Assembly: GCA_963725865.1 (NCBI GenBank)
Contig: CAVSAC010000010.1
Location: 480,001 to 544,000 of the forward strand
DNA length: 64,000 bases
Source of the DNA: Candidatus Eiseniibacteriota bacterium
GTDB taxonomy: Bacteria > Eisenbacteria > RBG-16-71-46
Direction of reading: 5' to 3'
The notes beneath the pieces were generated by a model. That model was not told the DNA's origin. It ran no database searches and saw only the letters and a list, made by a program, of their open reading frames with translations. Both the position numbers and the translations under genes were made by a program. Positions 1 to 8,786 of the stretch are shown here, piece by piece. The number at the start of each line of letters is the position of its first letter. The first letter of the stretch is position 1.

Positions 1-937
1 CGTGCAGCAGCGCCTCGCCGTCCACCCCCTCGATGCAGAGGTTCACGACGCTCTCCACCCGCGGGGCCCCCGCGCCGTTGACGCGCGCGCCCCGCAGTAC
101 CGCCACCAGCCCGGAGGCCAGACGGCTGCCGCGCGATTCTAACCGCTCGGGGCCGTCGCCCGCGAGCCAGTGCCGGGCGCGCTCGGCGGCGGCCCCGAAG
201 CCCACGATCGCGGGCAGGTTCTCGGTCCCGGCGCGGCGCCCGCGCTCCTGGTGCCCGCCGTGCACCAGCGGCACCACGCGAACGCGCCGCCGCACGACCA
301 GCGCCGCCGCGCCGAGCGGGCCGCGCAGCTTGTGCGCCGCCAGCGTCAGCAGGTCCGCGCCCAGCTCCTCGATCGCGAGCGGTCGCTTGCCCGCCGCCTG
401 CACGGCGTCGACGTGCAGGCGCGCGCCGCATGCGTGGGCCAGCTCGGCGGCGGCCGCCACCGGCTGGATCGTCCCGACTTCGTTGTTGACCGCCATCAGC
501 GAGACCAGCGCCACGTCCGGCCCCATCGCCGCGCGGAGCGCCTCGAGGTCCACCACGCCCGTGATCGTGACGGGCACCACGGTCAGCGCGGTGCCGCGCG
601 CCTCCAGATGGCGGGCGGTCTCCAGCACCGACGGGTGCTCGATCGCGGTCACGACCAGCCGAGTGCGCCCGGGCGGCGCCGCCATCACGGCGCCCTTCAG
701 CGCCAGGTTGTTCCCCTCCGAGCCGCTGGCGGTGAACACCACCTCCTCGGGCAGCGCGCCGACCAGCGTCGCCACCTGCAGGCGGGCGTGCTCGATCGCC
801 TCGCGCGCGGCCTCGCCGCGGCGATGCACCGAGGAGGCGTTGCCGAAGCGCTCGCCCAGATACGGACGCATCGCCTCGATCACCTCCGGCGCCGGCGGCG
901 TGGTTGCCGCCCAATCGGCGTAGACCTCGCGCATCAT
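1..937 (-). CDS. iscS: Cysteine desulfurase (IscS/NifS family), 3' end truncated by window edge
   Basis: Not in the ORF track. Manual minus-strand translation from ATG 937 gives MMREVYADWAATTP...FGNASSVH...VFTASGSEGNN...VNNEVGTIQP...HVDAVQAAGK...AAHKLRGP (PLP lysine). ATGA overlap with the mrp stop. Confidence 0.9.
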   Translation of the reverse strand, partial: MMREVYADWAATTPPAPEVIEAMRPYLGERFGNASSVHRRGEAAREAIEHARLQVATLVGALPEEVVFTASGSEGNNLALKGAVMAAPPGRTRLVVTAIEHPSVLETARHLEARGTALTVVPVTITGVVDLEALRAAMGPDVALVSLMAVNNEVGTIQPVAAAAELAHACGARLHVDAVQAAGKRPLAIEELGADLLTLAAHKLRGPLGAAALVVRRRVRVVPLVHGGHQERGRRAGTENLPAIVGFGAAAERARHWLAGDGPERLESRGSRLASGLVAVLRGARVNGAGAPRVESVVNLCIEGVDGEALLH

Positions 938-2001
938 GCTCCCGGGGCGACCGACAGGGTCTGGATCGACACGCGCTGCGCCAGATGCCCGGCGATGCGG
1001 CGCAGCGCTTTCGAGTACTCGGTGTCGGGCTTCTCGGCGACCACCGGGCGGCCGCTGTCCCCGCCGATGCGGACGTCGGGGTGCAGCGGAATGGCACCCA
1101 GGAACGGCAGCCCCATCGCGAGCGCACGCGTCTCGGCGTCGCCGCTCGAGAAAATGTCGTGGCGCGAGTGGCAATCCGGGCACACGAAGTAGGACATGTT
1201 CTCGATCACCCCCAGCACCGGCACCTGGAGCTTCTCGAACATGCTGACCGCCTTGACACCGTCTTCGATCGCGACCATCGACGGCGTGGTCACCACCACC
1301 GCCCCCGACACCACGGTCTGCTGGATGAGCGAGAGCTGCACGTCTCCGGTCCCCGGCGGCAGGTCGACGAGCAGGTAGTCGAGGTCGCCCCAGTCCACGT
1401 CGTGCAGGAAGGACTTGATGGCGCCGTGCAGCATCGGCCCGCGCCACACCACCGCCTCGCCCTGCTCGACCAGCAGCCCCATCGACATGAACTGGAGCCC
1501 CCAGGCCTCGACCGGGGCGATCTTGCCGCCCCGCTGCGAGGGCTGGCGGCGCACGCCGAGCATGCGCGGCAGGTTGGGCCCGTAGATGTCGCCGTCGAGC
1601 AGGCCCACCTTGGCCCCCGACATGGCCAGCGCCACCGCCAGGTTCGCGGCCACGGTGGACTTGCCCACGCCACCCTTGCCGCTGCCGATCGCCACCACGT
1701 GGCCCACTCCCGCGAGCGCCTTGCGGTCCGCGCTCGGGTCCTTGGGCTTGCGCACGCGCGACGTGGTGGTGATGCGCACCGCGCCCACACCCGGCACCGC
1801 GGCGACCGCGGCCCTCGCCTCGCTCTCGATCTGCTCCTTCAGCGGACAGGCGGCCGTGGTCAGCACCAGGGTGAACGCCACGGCGTCGCCCTCGACGGCG
1901 AGATCCTCGATCATGCCGAGGGTGACGAGGTCGCGGTGCAGGTCGGGATCGTTCACCGTCCGCAAGGCCGCGAGCACGGTTTCCTGGGTCGGGATGGCCA
2001 T
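934..2001 (-). CDS. mrp: Mrp/ApbC/NBP35 Fe-S cluster carrier ATPase with N-terminal DUF59/FeS_assembly_P domain
   Basis: V-x-DPDL..DLV.LG and LTTAACP (DUF59), GKGGVGKST, DIYGP, WRGPM, DLPPGTGD, ENMSYFVCPDC. Confidence 0.95.
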   Translation of the reverse strand: MAIPTQETVLAALRTVNDPDLHRDLVTLGMIEDLAVEGDAVAFTLVLTTAACPLKEQIESEARAAVAAVPGVGAVRITTTSRVRKPKDPSADRKALAGVGHVVAIGSGKGGVGKSTVAANLAVALAMSGAKVGLLDGDIYGPNLPRMLGVRRQPSQRGGKIAPVEAWGLQFMSMGLLVEQGEAVVWRGPMLHGAIKSFLHDVDWGDLDYLLVDLPPGTGDVQLSLIQQTVVSGAVVVTTPSMVAIEDGVKAVSMFEKLQVPVLGVIENMSYFVCPDCHSRHDIFSSGDAETRALAMGLPFLGAIPLHPDVRIGGDSGRPVVAEKPDTEYSKALRRIAGHLAQRVSIQTLSVAPGA

Positions 2002-2182
2002 GGGTTCCCCGGGTGGAGACGCGCGGGCGCGCGCGATCGGCGCCCCGCCGGTTCGTGACAGTCTGTTGGATGCCTCGCCGCGCGGCCGATGCATGCGGAC
2101 ATCTCGCTCCCGTCGGGCTTCGTGAAGAGGGTCTGGGTGGGGGCACCCTCGCCTTACCTAGCCCATAGTGGGAGAACGGGTT

Positions 2183-2211
2183 AGATTAGCGGCGCACGGG
2201 TGGGAGGTCAA
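2183..2211 (-). promoter_or_regulatory. Putative sigma70 promoter for mrp-iscS
   Basis: Minus strand TTGACC-N17-TAATCT. Confidence 0.6.
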
Positions 2212-2270
2212 CGCCCCCCCGCGCGCGCGGCGAGCGCATCGCTCGCGACCTCCATCCATCCGAAAGAACC

Positions 2271-3191
2271 ATGGCCCCGCCCGCACCCCTGGATCCCGCT
2301 CCGCTCGCCCTGCTGCCCGCGGCACCCGCGGACGACGTTCCCGCCGCGCCGTGGCGCGGACTCGACGCGCTCTGGATCCAGGTCGCGGGCACGCTGTGCA
2401 ATCTTGCGTGCACGCACTGCTTCGTTGCGTGCGGCCCGGGCGACCTGCACCACGCGCTCATGAGCCGCGCGGAGGTCGCGGCGCGGGTGGCCGAGGGACT
2501 CTCACTCGGCGTCCGCGAGGTCTACCTGACCGGCGGCGAGCCGTTCCTGCACCACGACCTGCTCGACATCCTGGCCGATACGCTGGCGGTCGCGCCGTGC
2601 ACCGTGCTCACCAACGGCACCCTGTTCACGGCCGCGCGGCTCGCGGCACTGCGGCAGCTCTCGGACGCCGCGGCGTACGCGCTCGAGCTGCGGGTGAGCC
2701 TGGACGGGGCGGACGCCGAGACGCACGACCGTTTCCGCGGCGCGGGCACGTTCGCGCGCACGCTCGCGGGACTGCGCGCCTGCGAGGCGCACGGCCTGCT
2801 GCCGATCGTGACGGTGACCCAGACCGAAGCGGAGGACCCGCTGGCGTTCCGCGAGCGCGTCGTCGCCCAGCTGCGCGCCGCGGGGCTCGCGCGTCCGCGG
2901 TTGAAGGTCCTGCCGCTGTTCCGGCTCGGGCGCGAGCGCGCGCGCACGCGCGACTACGACGCCACCGAGACGCTCGCCGGCCTGCCCCCGGAGCAGTTCG
3001 ACCCGACGCGGCTCCAGTGCACGAGCGGCCGCGCGGTCACCGCGCGCGGCGTCTACGTCTGCCCGCTGCTGGTCGACGCGCCCGCCGCGCGCATGGGCAA
3101 CACGCTCGCCGCGGCGCAGCGGCCGTTCCCGCTCGCGTACGGCGCGTGCTTCACCTGCCACGTGACCGGCATGAGCTGCGGCAACGGATGA
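2271..3191 (+). CDS. Radical SAM protein with C-terminal Cys-rich motif
   Basis: CNLACTHC (CxxxCxxC), TGGEPF, LTNG, VSLDG; C-terminal CFTCHVTGMSC. Confidence 0.9.
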   Translation: MAPPAPLDPAPLALLPAAPADDVPAAPWRGLDALWIQVAGTLCNLACTHCFVACGPGDLHHALMSRAEVAARVAEGLSLGVREVYLTGGEPFLHHDLLDILADTLAVAPCTVLTNGTLFTAARLAALRQLSDAAAYALELRVSLDGADAETHDRFRGAGTFARTLAGLRACEAHGLLPIVTVTQTEAEDPLAFRERVVAQLRAAGLARPRLKVLPLFRLGRERARTRDYDATETLAGLPPEQFDPTRLQCTSGRAVTARGVYVCPLLVDAPAARMGNTLAAAQRPFPLAYGACFTCHVTGMSCGNG

Positions 3192-3973
3192 GCGCCGTGC
3201 GGCTCGCGCTGTTCGGGGGCGTCTACAGCAACGACCTCGCCCTCGCGGCCACGCTCGCGGACGTGGCGACGCGCGGCGCCGACGCGACCTGGTGCCTCGG
3301 AGATCTCGGCGGCTTCGGCCCGCATCCCGATCGCGCGGCCGCGCGGATGCGCGAGGCCGGGGTGCCGATGCTGCGCGGCAACTACGATGACTCGATCGGC
3401 CACGCGCGCGCCGACTGCGCGTGCGGCTACAGCGACCCGCGCGACGAGCACTTCGCGCAGCGCTCCTACGACTACACCCTCGCGCGGACGGCCGAAGCGC
3501 ATCGCGCGTGGATGCGCGGGCTGCCCGAGCAGCACCGCTTCGTCGCCGGCGACCGGCGAGTGCTGCTGTGCCACGGCTCGCCGCGGCGCGTGAACGAGTT
3601 CCTGTGGGCGAGCACCTGCTCGGACGCGTTCCTCGAGCGGCTGTGCGACGAGCACGCGGCCGACGTGATCGCGTGCACGCACACCGGGCTCCACTGGCAT
3701 CGGGCGCTGCCATCGGGCCGTCATGTGGTGAACGTGGGCGCGATCGGGCGCCCCGCGAACGACGGCGGCCCGCACGTGTGGTACGCGGTACTCGTGCTCA
3801 GTGCGGACGTGCGCGTGGAGTTCCGCCGCGTGGACTACGACCACGAGGCGCTGGCGCGCGAGATGGAGTCCGAGGGCCTGCCCGACGAGTTCGTCGCCAC
3901 CATCCGCAGCGGCTGGTGGACCACCTGCCTCGAGAACCTGCCCGCCAAGGAGCGCCGCGCCGGGCGGTTCTAG
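3188..3973 (+). CDS. Calcineurin-like metallophosphoesterase
   Basis: ATGA overlap; GGVYSN, CLGDLGGFGP, RGNYD, CHGSP, THTG, VNVGAIGRP. Confidence 0.88.
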   Translation: MSAVRLALFGGVYSNDLALAATLADVATRGADATWCLGDLGGFGPHPDRAAARMREAGVPMLRGNYDDSIGHARADCACGYSDPRDEHFAQRSYDYTLARTAEAHRAWMRGLPEQHRFVAGDRRVLLCHGSPRRVNEFLWASTCSDAFLERLCDEHAADVIACTHTGLHWHRALPSGRHVVNVGAIGRPANDGGPHVWYAVLVLSADVRVEFRRVDYDHEALAREMESEGLPDEFVATIRSGWWTTCLENLPAKERRAGRF

Positions 3974-4118
3974 CGGCCGCCCGCCCCCCCCGGCCTGCGG
4001 GGGTCGCGCCCGCATCCTCTCCTCAAGCCCGCCCCCGCCAAGGCCGATCACCTCGAGACGTCATCATCCGGGGGGGCCGCGTATGTCTCCCGGTCCGTCC
4101 CACCCCCACGGGAGGACC

Positions 4119-7100
4119 ATGGTCGGCTTCCGAGCCAAAGCGTTGCTGATCGCGAGCATCGCCCTCGGCGGCGCGCTGTCCGCGGCGGCCGCCCCGGCGG
4201 GGTCCGGCTCCGCCGCGGGCCGGCCTGCGGGTGCCACGCTGCTCGGCTCGATCGACGTGAGCGCCTCGCAGACGGGCCGCACGCTGCGCCCCGGCGACGC
4301 GCGGGTGCCGGTGTACGTGCTGGCGATGACGTACAACGCCCTGCTGGTGGGCTCGGAGACAGTCACCGAGATCGCGTTCGAGAACCGGACCGCCGGCCCC
4401 GGCAACACGGCGCAGAAGGACACCGAGTGGCAGTCGCTCGCGCTCTCGTGGAGCCGCAGGGCCGCCGACGCGCTCAGTCCGGCGAGTGCCACCCGCGCCG
4501 CCGCCTGGACGGGCGGCACGGTGCGCTTCACGGGGCTCAACATCCCGTTCGGCATCGGCGACTCGGCGTACGTCGTCGTCTGGGGGGCACCCTCGCTCGC
4601 CGCACGTGACGCGGACGCGCTCGATCTCCGTATCCCGTCCACCGGATCGATCCTCACCGGAGGCGGCTCGTCGGTGAACGTGACGAACGGCAGCACGCTG
4701 GATCCGGCCGCGAGCTTCCCGGTGGACGGCATGTCCGCCGCGCAGGTCATGCTGAGCCCGGTGCTCACGCCGTACTTCCCGATCGGCGCCGCCGGACAGC
4801 TCGCGCTCGCGGTGCGCGTCCCGCCCAACGGCTACGCGGCGGACCGCCTCGAGCGACTCGAGTTCGTCAACCTGGGCACCGCCGCGGTCCACTCCGACAT
4901 CGCCGCGCTCGATGCGTGGATCGACGACGGCGACGGGATCTACGAACCCGGTCAGGAGGCGTGGCTCGGCGCTCCGGCGTTCACGGGCACCAGCTGGGTG
5001 CTCGGGCTGGCGAGCCCGATCGACCTCCCGCTGCCCACGGGCGCGTGGATCTACCTGACCGTCGACGTCTCCGAGCAGGCGAAGGAGGGCGCCACCGTCC
5101 AGCTCGCGCTCCCGGGCGGTTCCGCCGGCACGCAGGCGTTCACCGTGACGAGCGGCAATGACGGTCCGAACGACCGCGCGATCGCCAATCCGGCCCAGAG
5201 CGTGATCAGCCTGGTCGACCGCGTCGTGGTCTCGCCCATCCCGCTGCCCTCGGGATTCGCGCGGCCGGGCGAGGCGCGCGTGCCGCTGTTCGCGATGACG
5301 GCGACCAACGTCTACACCGACGCGCGCGCGCTGACCGGCCTCGTGCTCACGCACGCCACGTCCGGGCCCGGCACCGCCGCCGAGCGCGACGCCGAGATCC
5401 AGCGCGTCGAGCTGCGGCTGGACGGGAACTCCGACGGCGTGCTCGGAGACTTCGTCAGCGACCCGGTGCTCGCCACCGCGGTGTTCGCGAACGGGCGCGC
5501 CAGCTTCTCCGGATTCTCGGTCTCCCTCGCGCCGGGCGCCAAGCGCTCCCTGTTCGTGACCGGCGACGTCTCGCTCCTCCACGCCGCCGACGGCGACCCG
5601 CTCGCGGCGACCGTCGGCACGCGCGAGGACCTCGCGTTCGACCGCAGCACCACGCTGTCGGGCTCCTTCCCGCTCTCCTCGGCGAACGCCTGGACGGTCG
5701 ACGGCATGATCGCGGCCCAGGTGGGCAACGCCGGCGCGCCGCCGCAGACGCTCGCGCCGAACGACGGCCCGCGCGAGGCGCTCGATCTGCTGGTGCACGG
5801 CAATGGCTACCAGGACGACGTCCTCCAGCGGCTCTCGGTGACCAACCTCGGCACCGCCGGCACCACGGACCTCGCCGAGGTGCGGCTGTGGCGCGACGGG
5901 GGTGACGGGGCGTTCAACGCGGGCGCGGGCGACGACGCCGACCTCGGAGCGATGGCCGCGGGAGCGGACACGTGGGACAGCGGAGCGCTGGCGGTCGCGC
6001 TGGGCCCGGCCGGGACCCGTCTGTTCGTCTCCGTGAGCGCCGGCGGCGCGCCGGCCGACTCCGCCACCGTGCGCCTCGCGGTGCCGGTGAAGGGCATCGC
6101 CGTGGCGTCCGGGAACGACGGCCCGGTCGACGTGCCCGTCGCCAATCCGGACGCGCTGCTGCTCGCCAACCGCGGCCTGCTCGCGAGCCTCGCGTTCGAC
6201 GCCGCGGCGGTGACCGCGGGCCAGACCGTCACACTCACGATGACGGTGCGCAGCACCGCGTCGGAGTCCCTCCTCGCGGTGACTCCGAGCGCACCGGCGC
6301 TCGCCGGCAGCGCCCGGCTCGGCCCGCTGTCCGGACCGAGCCCCGCGAGCCGCGCGCTGGCACCGGGCGCCAGCGGCGCGTTCGCCTGGACGTACTCCGC
6401 CGACAGCGCGGGCACGGTCCACGCCATCGCGAACGCCGCGGGCACCGGCGCCTCGAGCGGGCAGCCGGTGTCGTCGCTCGACACCCGGTCGGGCGCGCTT
6501 CGCGTGTTCGCGCGTGCCGACAGTCTCCCGCTGCAGGTCTTCGACGCCATGCCGCAGTCGGTGACCCGCGGCCAGCGCGGCGTGCTGCCGCTCTACCTGA
6601 CGTTCGTCCATCCCGATCCCGACGGCAGCCCGGTGAAGGTGACGGGATTCACCGTGCGGCTCGAACGCGAGGATGGCTCGGACGTGGCGCCGGCCTCGCT
6701 GCTCGCGCGCGCCGTGGTGCTCGCCGCCTCCGAGACGCTGCTCACCCGCTCCACGCTCGAGACCAGCGGCGCGGACCTGGATCTGGCGCTGGCGATCCCC
6801 GCCATCGTGGCGGGATCGGATCCCACCACCCTGGTGCTGGCGCTCGACGTCGCCGATTCCACCGTGGTGCCCGACTTCCGCATCGTGATCGCCGCGGCGA
6901 GCCGGGTGCGCGCCGAGGACGGCGCGACCGGTGCTCCCGTCACGATCCGGCTCCAGTCGCCGACCTGGCCGGTGCGCAGCGGGCTCGCCCGCGTCCAGGC
7001 CGGCGCCACCCAGCTCGAAGTCGCGGCGGCGCCGCTGCCGCCGGTGCGCGCGAGCCGCGGCCAGACCGAGGTGCCGCTCGGCACGTTCACGCTGTGGAGC

Positions 7101-8786
7101 CCGGGGGTGGGCGGCGTCACCACCGACGTGCGGGTCGGAGCGCTCGATCTCAAGCTCGCCGACACGCTCGGGGCGCGGATCGACCGGCCCGGCCGCATCG
7201 TGCGCCGGCTGCGCCTGCGCAGCGGCACGCAGCTGCTGGCCGACCGGCTGGTCGCCGCCGGCGCCGACAGCGTGCTGGCGCTCACGCTCTCGCCGCTGCT
7301 CGCGGTGCCGGTGAACACTCCGACCGAGATGCGGCTCACCGCCGAGCTCTCCGACACCGCCTCGCTGGGACCGTTCCGGCTCGAGCTCGGGGACAGCGCG
7401 CGCTTCGACGCCCGCGATCCCAACACCGGCAACCGGGTGCCCATCCGGTTCGCGAGCCCGCCGCTGCACGGCCCCGCGGTGCTGGTGGAGGAGCGTGCGG
7501 ATTCGGCGTGGGTGCTGGGCGTGCCGGAGCTGCCCGCGGAGGTCGGGCTGGGCGCGCGCGGGGTGACGGCGCTCTCGGTGCGCCTGAGGCACCCGGGTGG
7601 TGCGCGCACCGGCCGGCTGCGAGTCGACTCGCTGGTCGTGCGCTGCGTCGACGCCTCGGGCACGGGCTTGGCGCCGGCGCCCTACCTCGACCGGCTGCAG
7701 GTGCTGTGGAACGGAGCGCTCGCCGCAACGGTCTCCGATCCACCCGCCACCGGCAGCACGCTGCTCGCGATGCTGCCCGGCTTCACGCTCGAGAGCGGCG
7801 ACAGCGCGCGCGTGACGTTCGTGCTGGACTTCGAGTCCGCCGCCCCGACCACCACCTTCGCACTCGAGCTGGGCGCCGCGGGGCTCGACATCGACGACGC
7901 CAACCTCGACCTGCCGGCGCTGCCGGTGGTGGAGAACGACGGGGAGTTCCCACTGCGCTCGGGCGTGGCGCGTCTGGTGGCGCCCTCGCGCCTGGTCCAG
8001 GTGGACCTCGACGACGCGATGCCCGCGGTGCTCGCGCCCGACGGCCAGCTGCGGACGGCGGGTGTCGTGCGGCTGACGAACGGCGCGGCGCCGGGCTCGG
8101 GCCCGGTGCGGATCTCCTATCTCGCGGTGCGCGCCCGCGGCGCCGCCGGCGACGTGCCGCTCGGCGGCGAGGTCTGGCGCGTGCAGCTGACCCGGGACGG
8201 CGTGCTGTTCGCGAGCGGCGCGGCGCTCACCTCCGACTCGCTCACGTCCGTGGTCTCGTTCCCCACCGAGCTGCAGCTCGAGCCCGGGGTGCCCGTGGAT
8301 CTGACGCTGCGCTTCGCGACCCGCCCGGGGCCCGCGCTGGCCTCGTTCGCGCTCGCGCTCGAGGCGGCCGACATCGGCGTGGTGCAGCCGGGCAGTCCGC
8401 TGCTCGACGTCTCGGTGCTGCCGACTCCGGGGCGCACCTTCCCGCTCGCGACCTCGGTCGGCAGCTATGCCGCCGCGTCGCTGGCCGGGAGCTGGTCGAG
8501 CTTCCCGAATCCGTTCGTGCCCGAGCAGGGCGGCACCACGTTCGCCTACTACCTGCCGGCGGCGGGGCGCGTTTCGCTCGCGATCTGGACCGCGCGCGGC
8601 GAGCGCGTCGCCACGTTGCTCGACGGCGAGGCGCGCGCGGCGGGACTCCACCAGAGCGACGTCTGGAACGGCCGCAACGGGCGCGGCGCGCTGGTGCAGC
8701 CGGGCGTGTACGTGGCCGAGCTGACGGTGCGGCTCGACGACGGCCGCTCCGAGCAGCTGCGACGCAAGGTGGCGGTGGTCCGGTGA
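4119..8786 (+). CDS. Large secreted repetitive beta-rich surface protein with C-terminal FlgD-Ig/T9SS-like domain
   Basis: GGAGG Shine-Dalgarno (SD) before ATG 4119; signal-peptide-like N-terminus; internal repeats; ends FPNPF...IWTARGERV...WNGRN...GVYVAEL...RKVAVVR. Confidence 0.85.
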   Translation: MVGFRAKALLIASIALGGALSAAAAPAGSGSAAGRPAGATLLGSIDVSASQTGRTLRPGDARVPVYVLAMTYNALLVGSETVTEIAFENRTAGPGNTAQKDTEWQSLALSWSRRAADALSPASATRAAAWTGGTVRFTGLNIPFGIGDSAYVVVWGAPSLAARDADALDLRIPSTGSILTGGGSSVNVTNGSTLDPAASFPVDGMSAAQVMLSPVLTPYFPIGAAGQLALAVRVPPNGYAADRLERLEFVNLGTAAVHSDIAALDAWIDDGDGIYEPGQEAWLGAPAFTGTSWVLGLASPIDLPLPTGAWIYLTVDVSEQAKEGATVQLALPGGSAGTQAFTVTSGNDGPNDRAIANPAQSVISLVDRVVVSPIPLPSGFARPGEARVPLFAMTATNVYTDARALTGLVLTHATSGPGTAAERDAEIQRVELRLDGNSDGVLGDFVSDPVLATAVFANGRASFSGFSVSLAPGAKRSLFVTGDVSLLHAADGDPLAATVGTREDLAFDRSTTLSGSFPLSSANAWTVDGMIAAQVGNAGAPPQTLAPNDGPREALDLLVHGNGYQDDVLQRLSVTNLGTAGTTDLAEVRLWRDGGDGAFNAGAGDDADLGAMAAGADTWDSGALAVALGPAGTRLFVSVSAGGAPADSATVRLAVPVKGIAVASGNDGPVDVPVANPDALLLANRGLLASLAFDAAAVTAGQTVTLTMTVRSTASESLLAVTPSAPALAGSARLGPLSGPSPASRALAPGASGAFAWTYSADSAGTVHAIANAAGTGASSGQPVSSLDTRSGALRVFARADSLPLQVFDAMPQSVTRGQRGVLPLYLTFVHPDPDGSPVKVTGFTVRLEREDGSDVAPASLLARAVVLAASETLLTRSTLETSGADLDLALAIPAIVAGSDPTTLVLALDVADSTVVPDFRIVIAAASRVRAEDGATGAPVTIRLQSPTWPVRSGLARVQAGATQLEVAAAPLPPVRASRGQTEVPLGTFTLWSPGVGGVTTDVRVGALDLKLADTLGARIDRPGRIVRRLRLRSGTQLLADRLVAAGADSVLALTLSPLLAVPVNTPTEMRLTAELSDTASLGPFRLELGDSARFDARDPNTGNRVPIRFASPPLHGPAVLVEERADSAWVLGVPELPAEVGLGARGVTALSVRLRHPGGARTGRLRVDSLVVRCVDASGTGLAPAPYLDRLQVLWNGALAATVSDPPATGSTLLAMLPGFTLESGDSARVTFVLDFESAAPTTTFALELGAAGLDIDDANLDLPALPVVENDGEFPLRSGVARLVAPSRLVQVDLDDAMPAVLAPDGQLRTAGVVRLTNGAAPGSGPVRISYLAVRARGAAGDVPLGGEVWRVQLTRDGVLFASGAALTSDSLTSVVSFPTELQLEPGVPVDLTLRFATRPGPALASFALALEAADIGVVQPGSPLLDVSVLPTPGRTFPLATSVGSYAAASLAGSWSSFPNPFVPEQGGTTFAYYLPAAGRVSLAIWTARGERVATLLDGEARAAGLHQSDVWNGRNGRGALVQPGVYVAELTVRLDDGRSEQLRRKVAVVR
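4280..6160 (+). repeat. Intragenic tandem duplication of a ~320-aa unit
   Basis: Paired motifs: RPGDARVP/RPGEARVP, TAGPGNT/TSGPGTA, DGMSAAQV (4725)/DGMIAAQV (5700), NLGTA twice, SGNDGP (5151, 6108). Confidence 0.75.

Noticed and set aside
3189..3191. Selenocysteine read-through at the radical SAM TGA
   Set aside because: The TGA is part of an ATGA overlap starting the next gene, and no convincing SECIS was seen.
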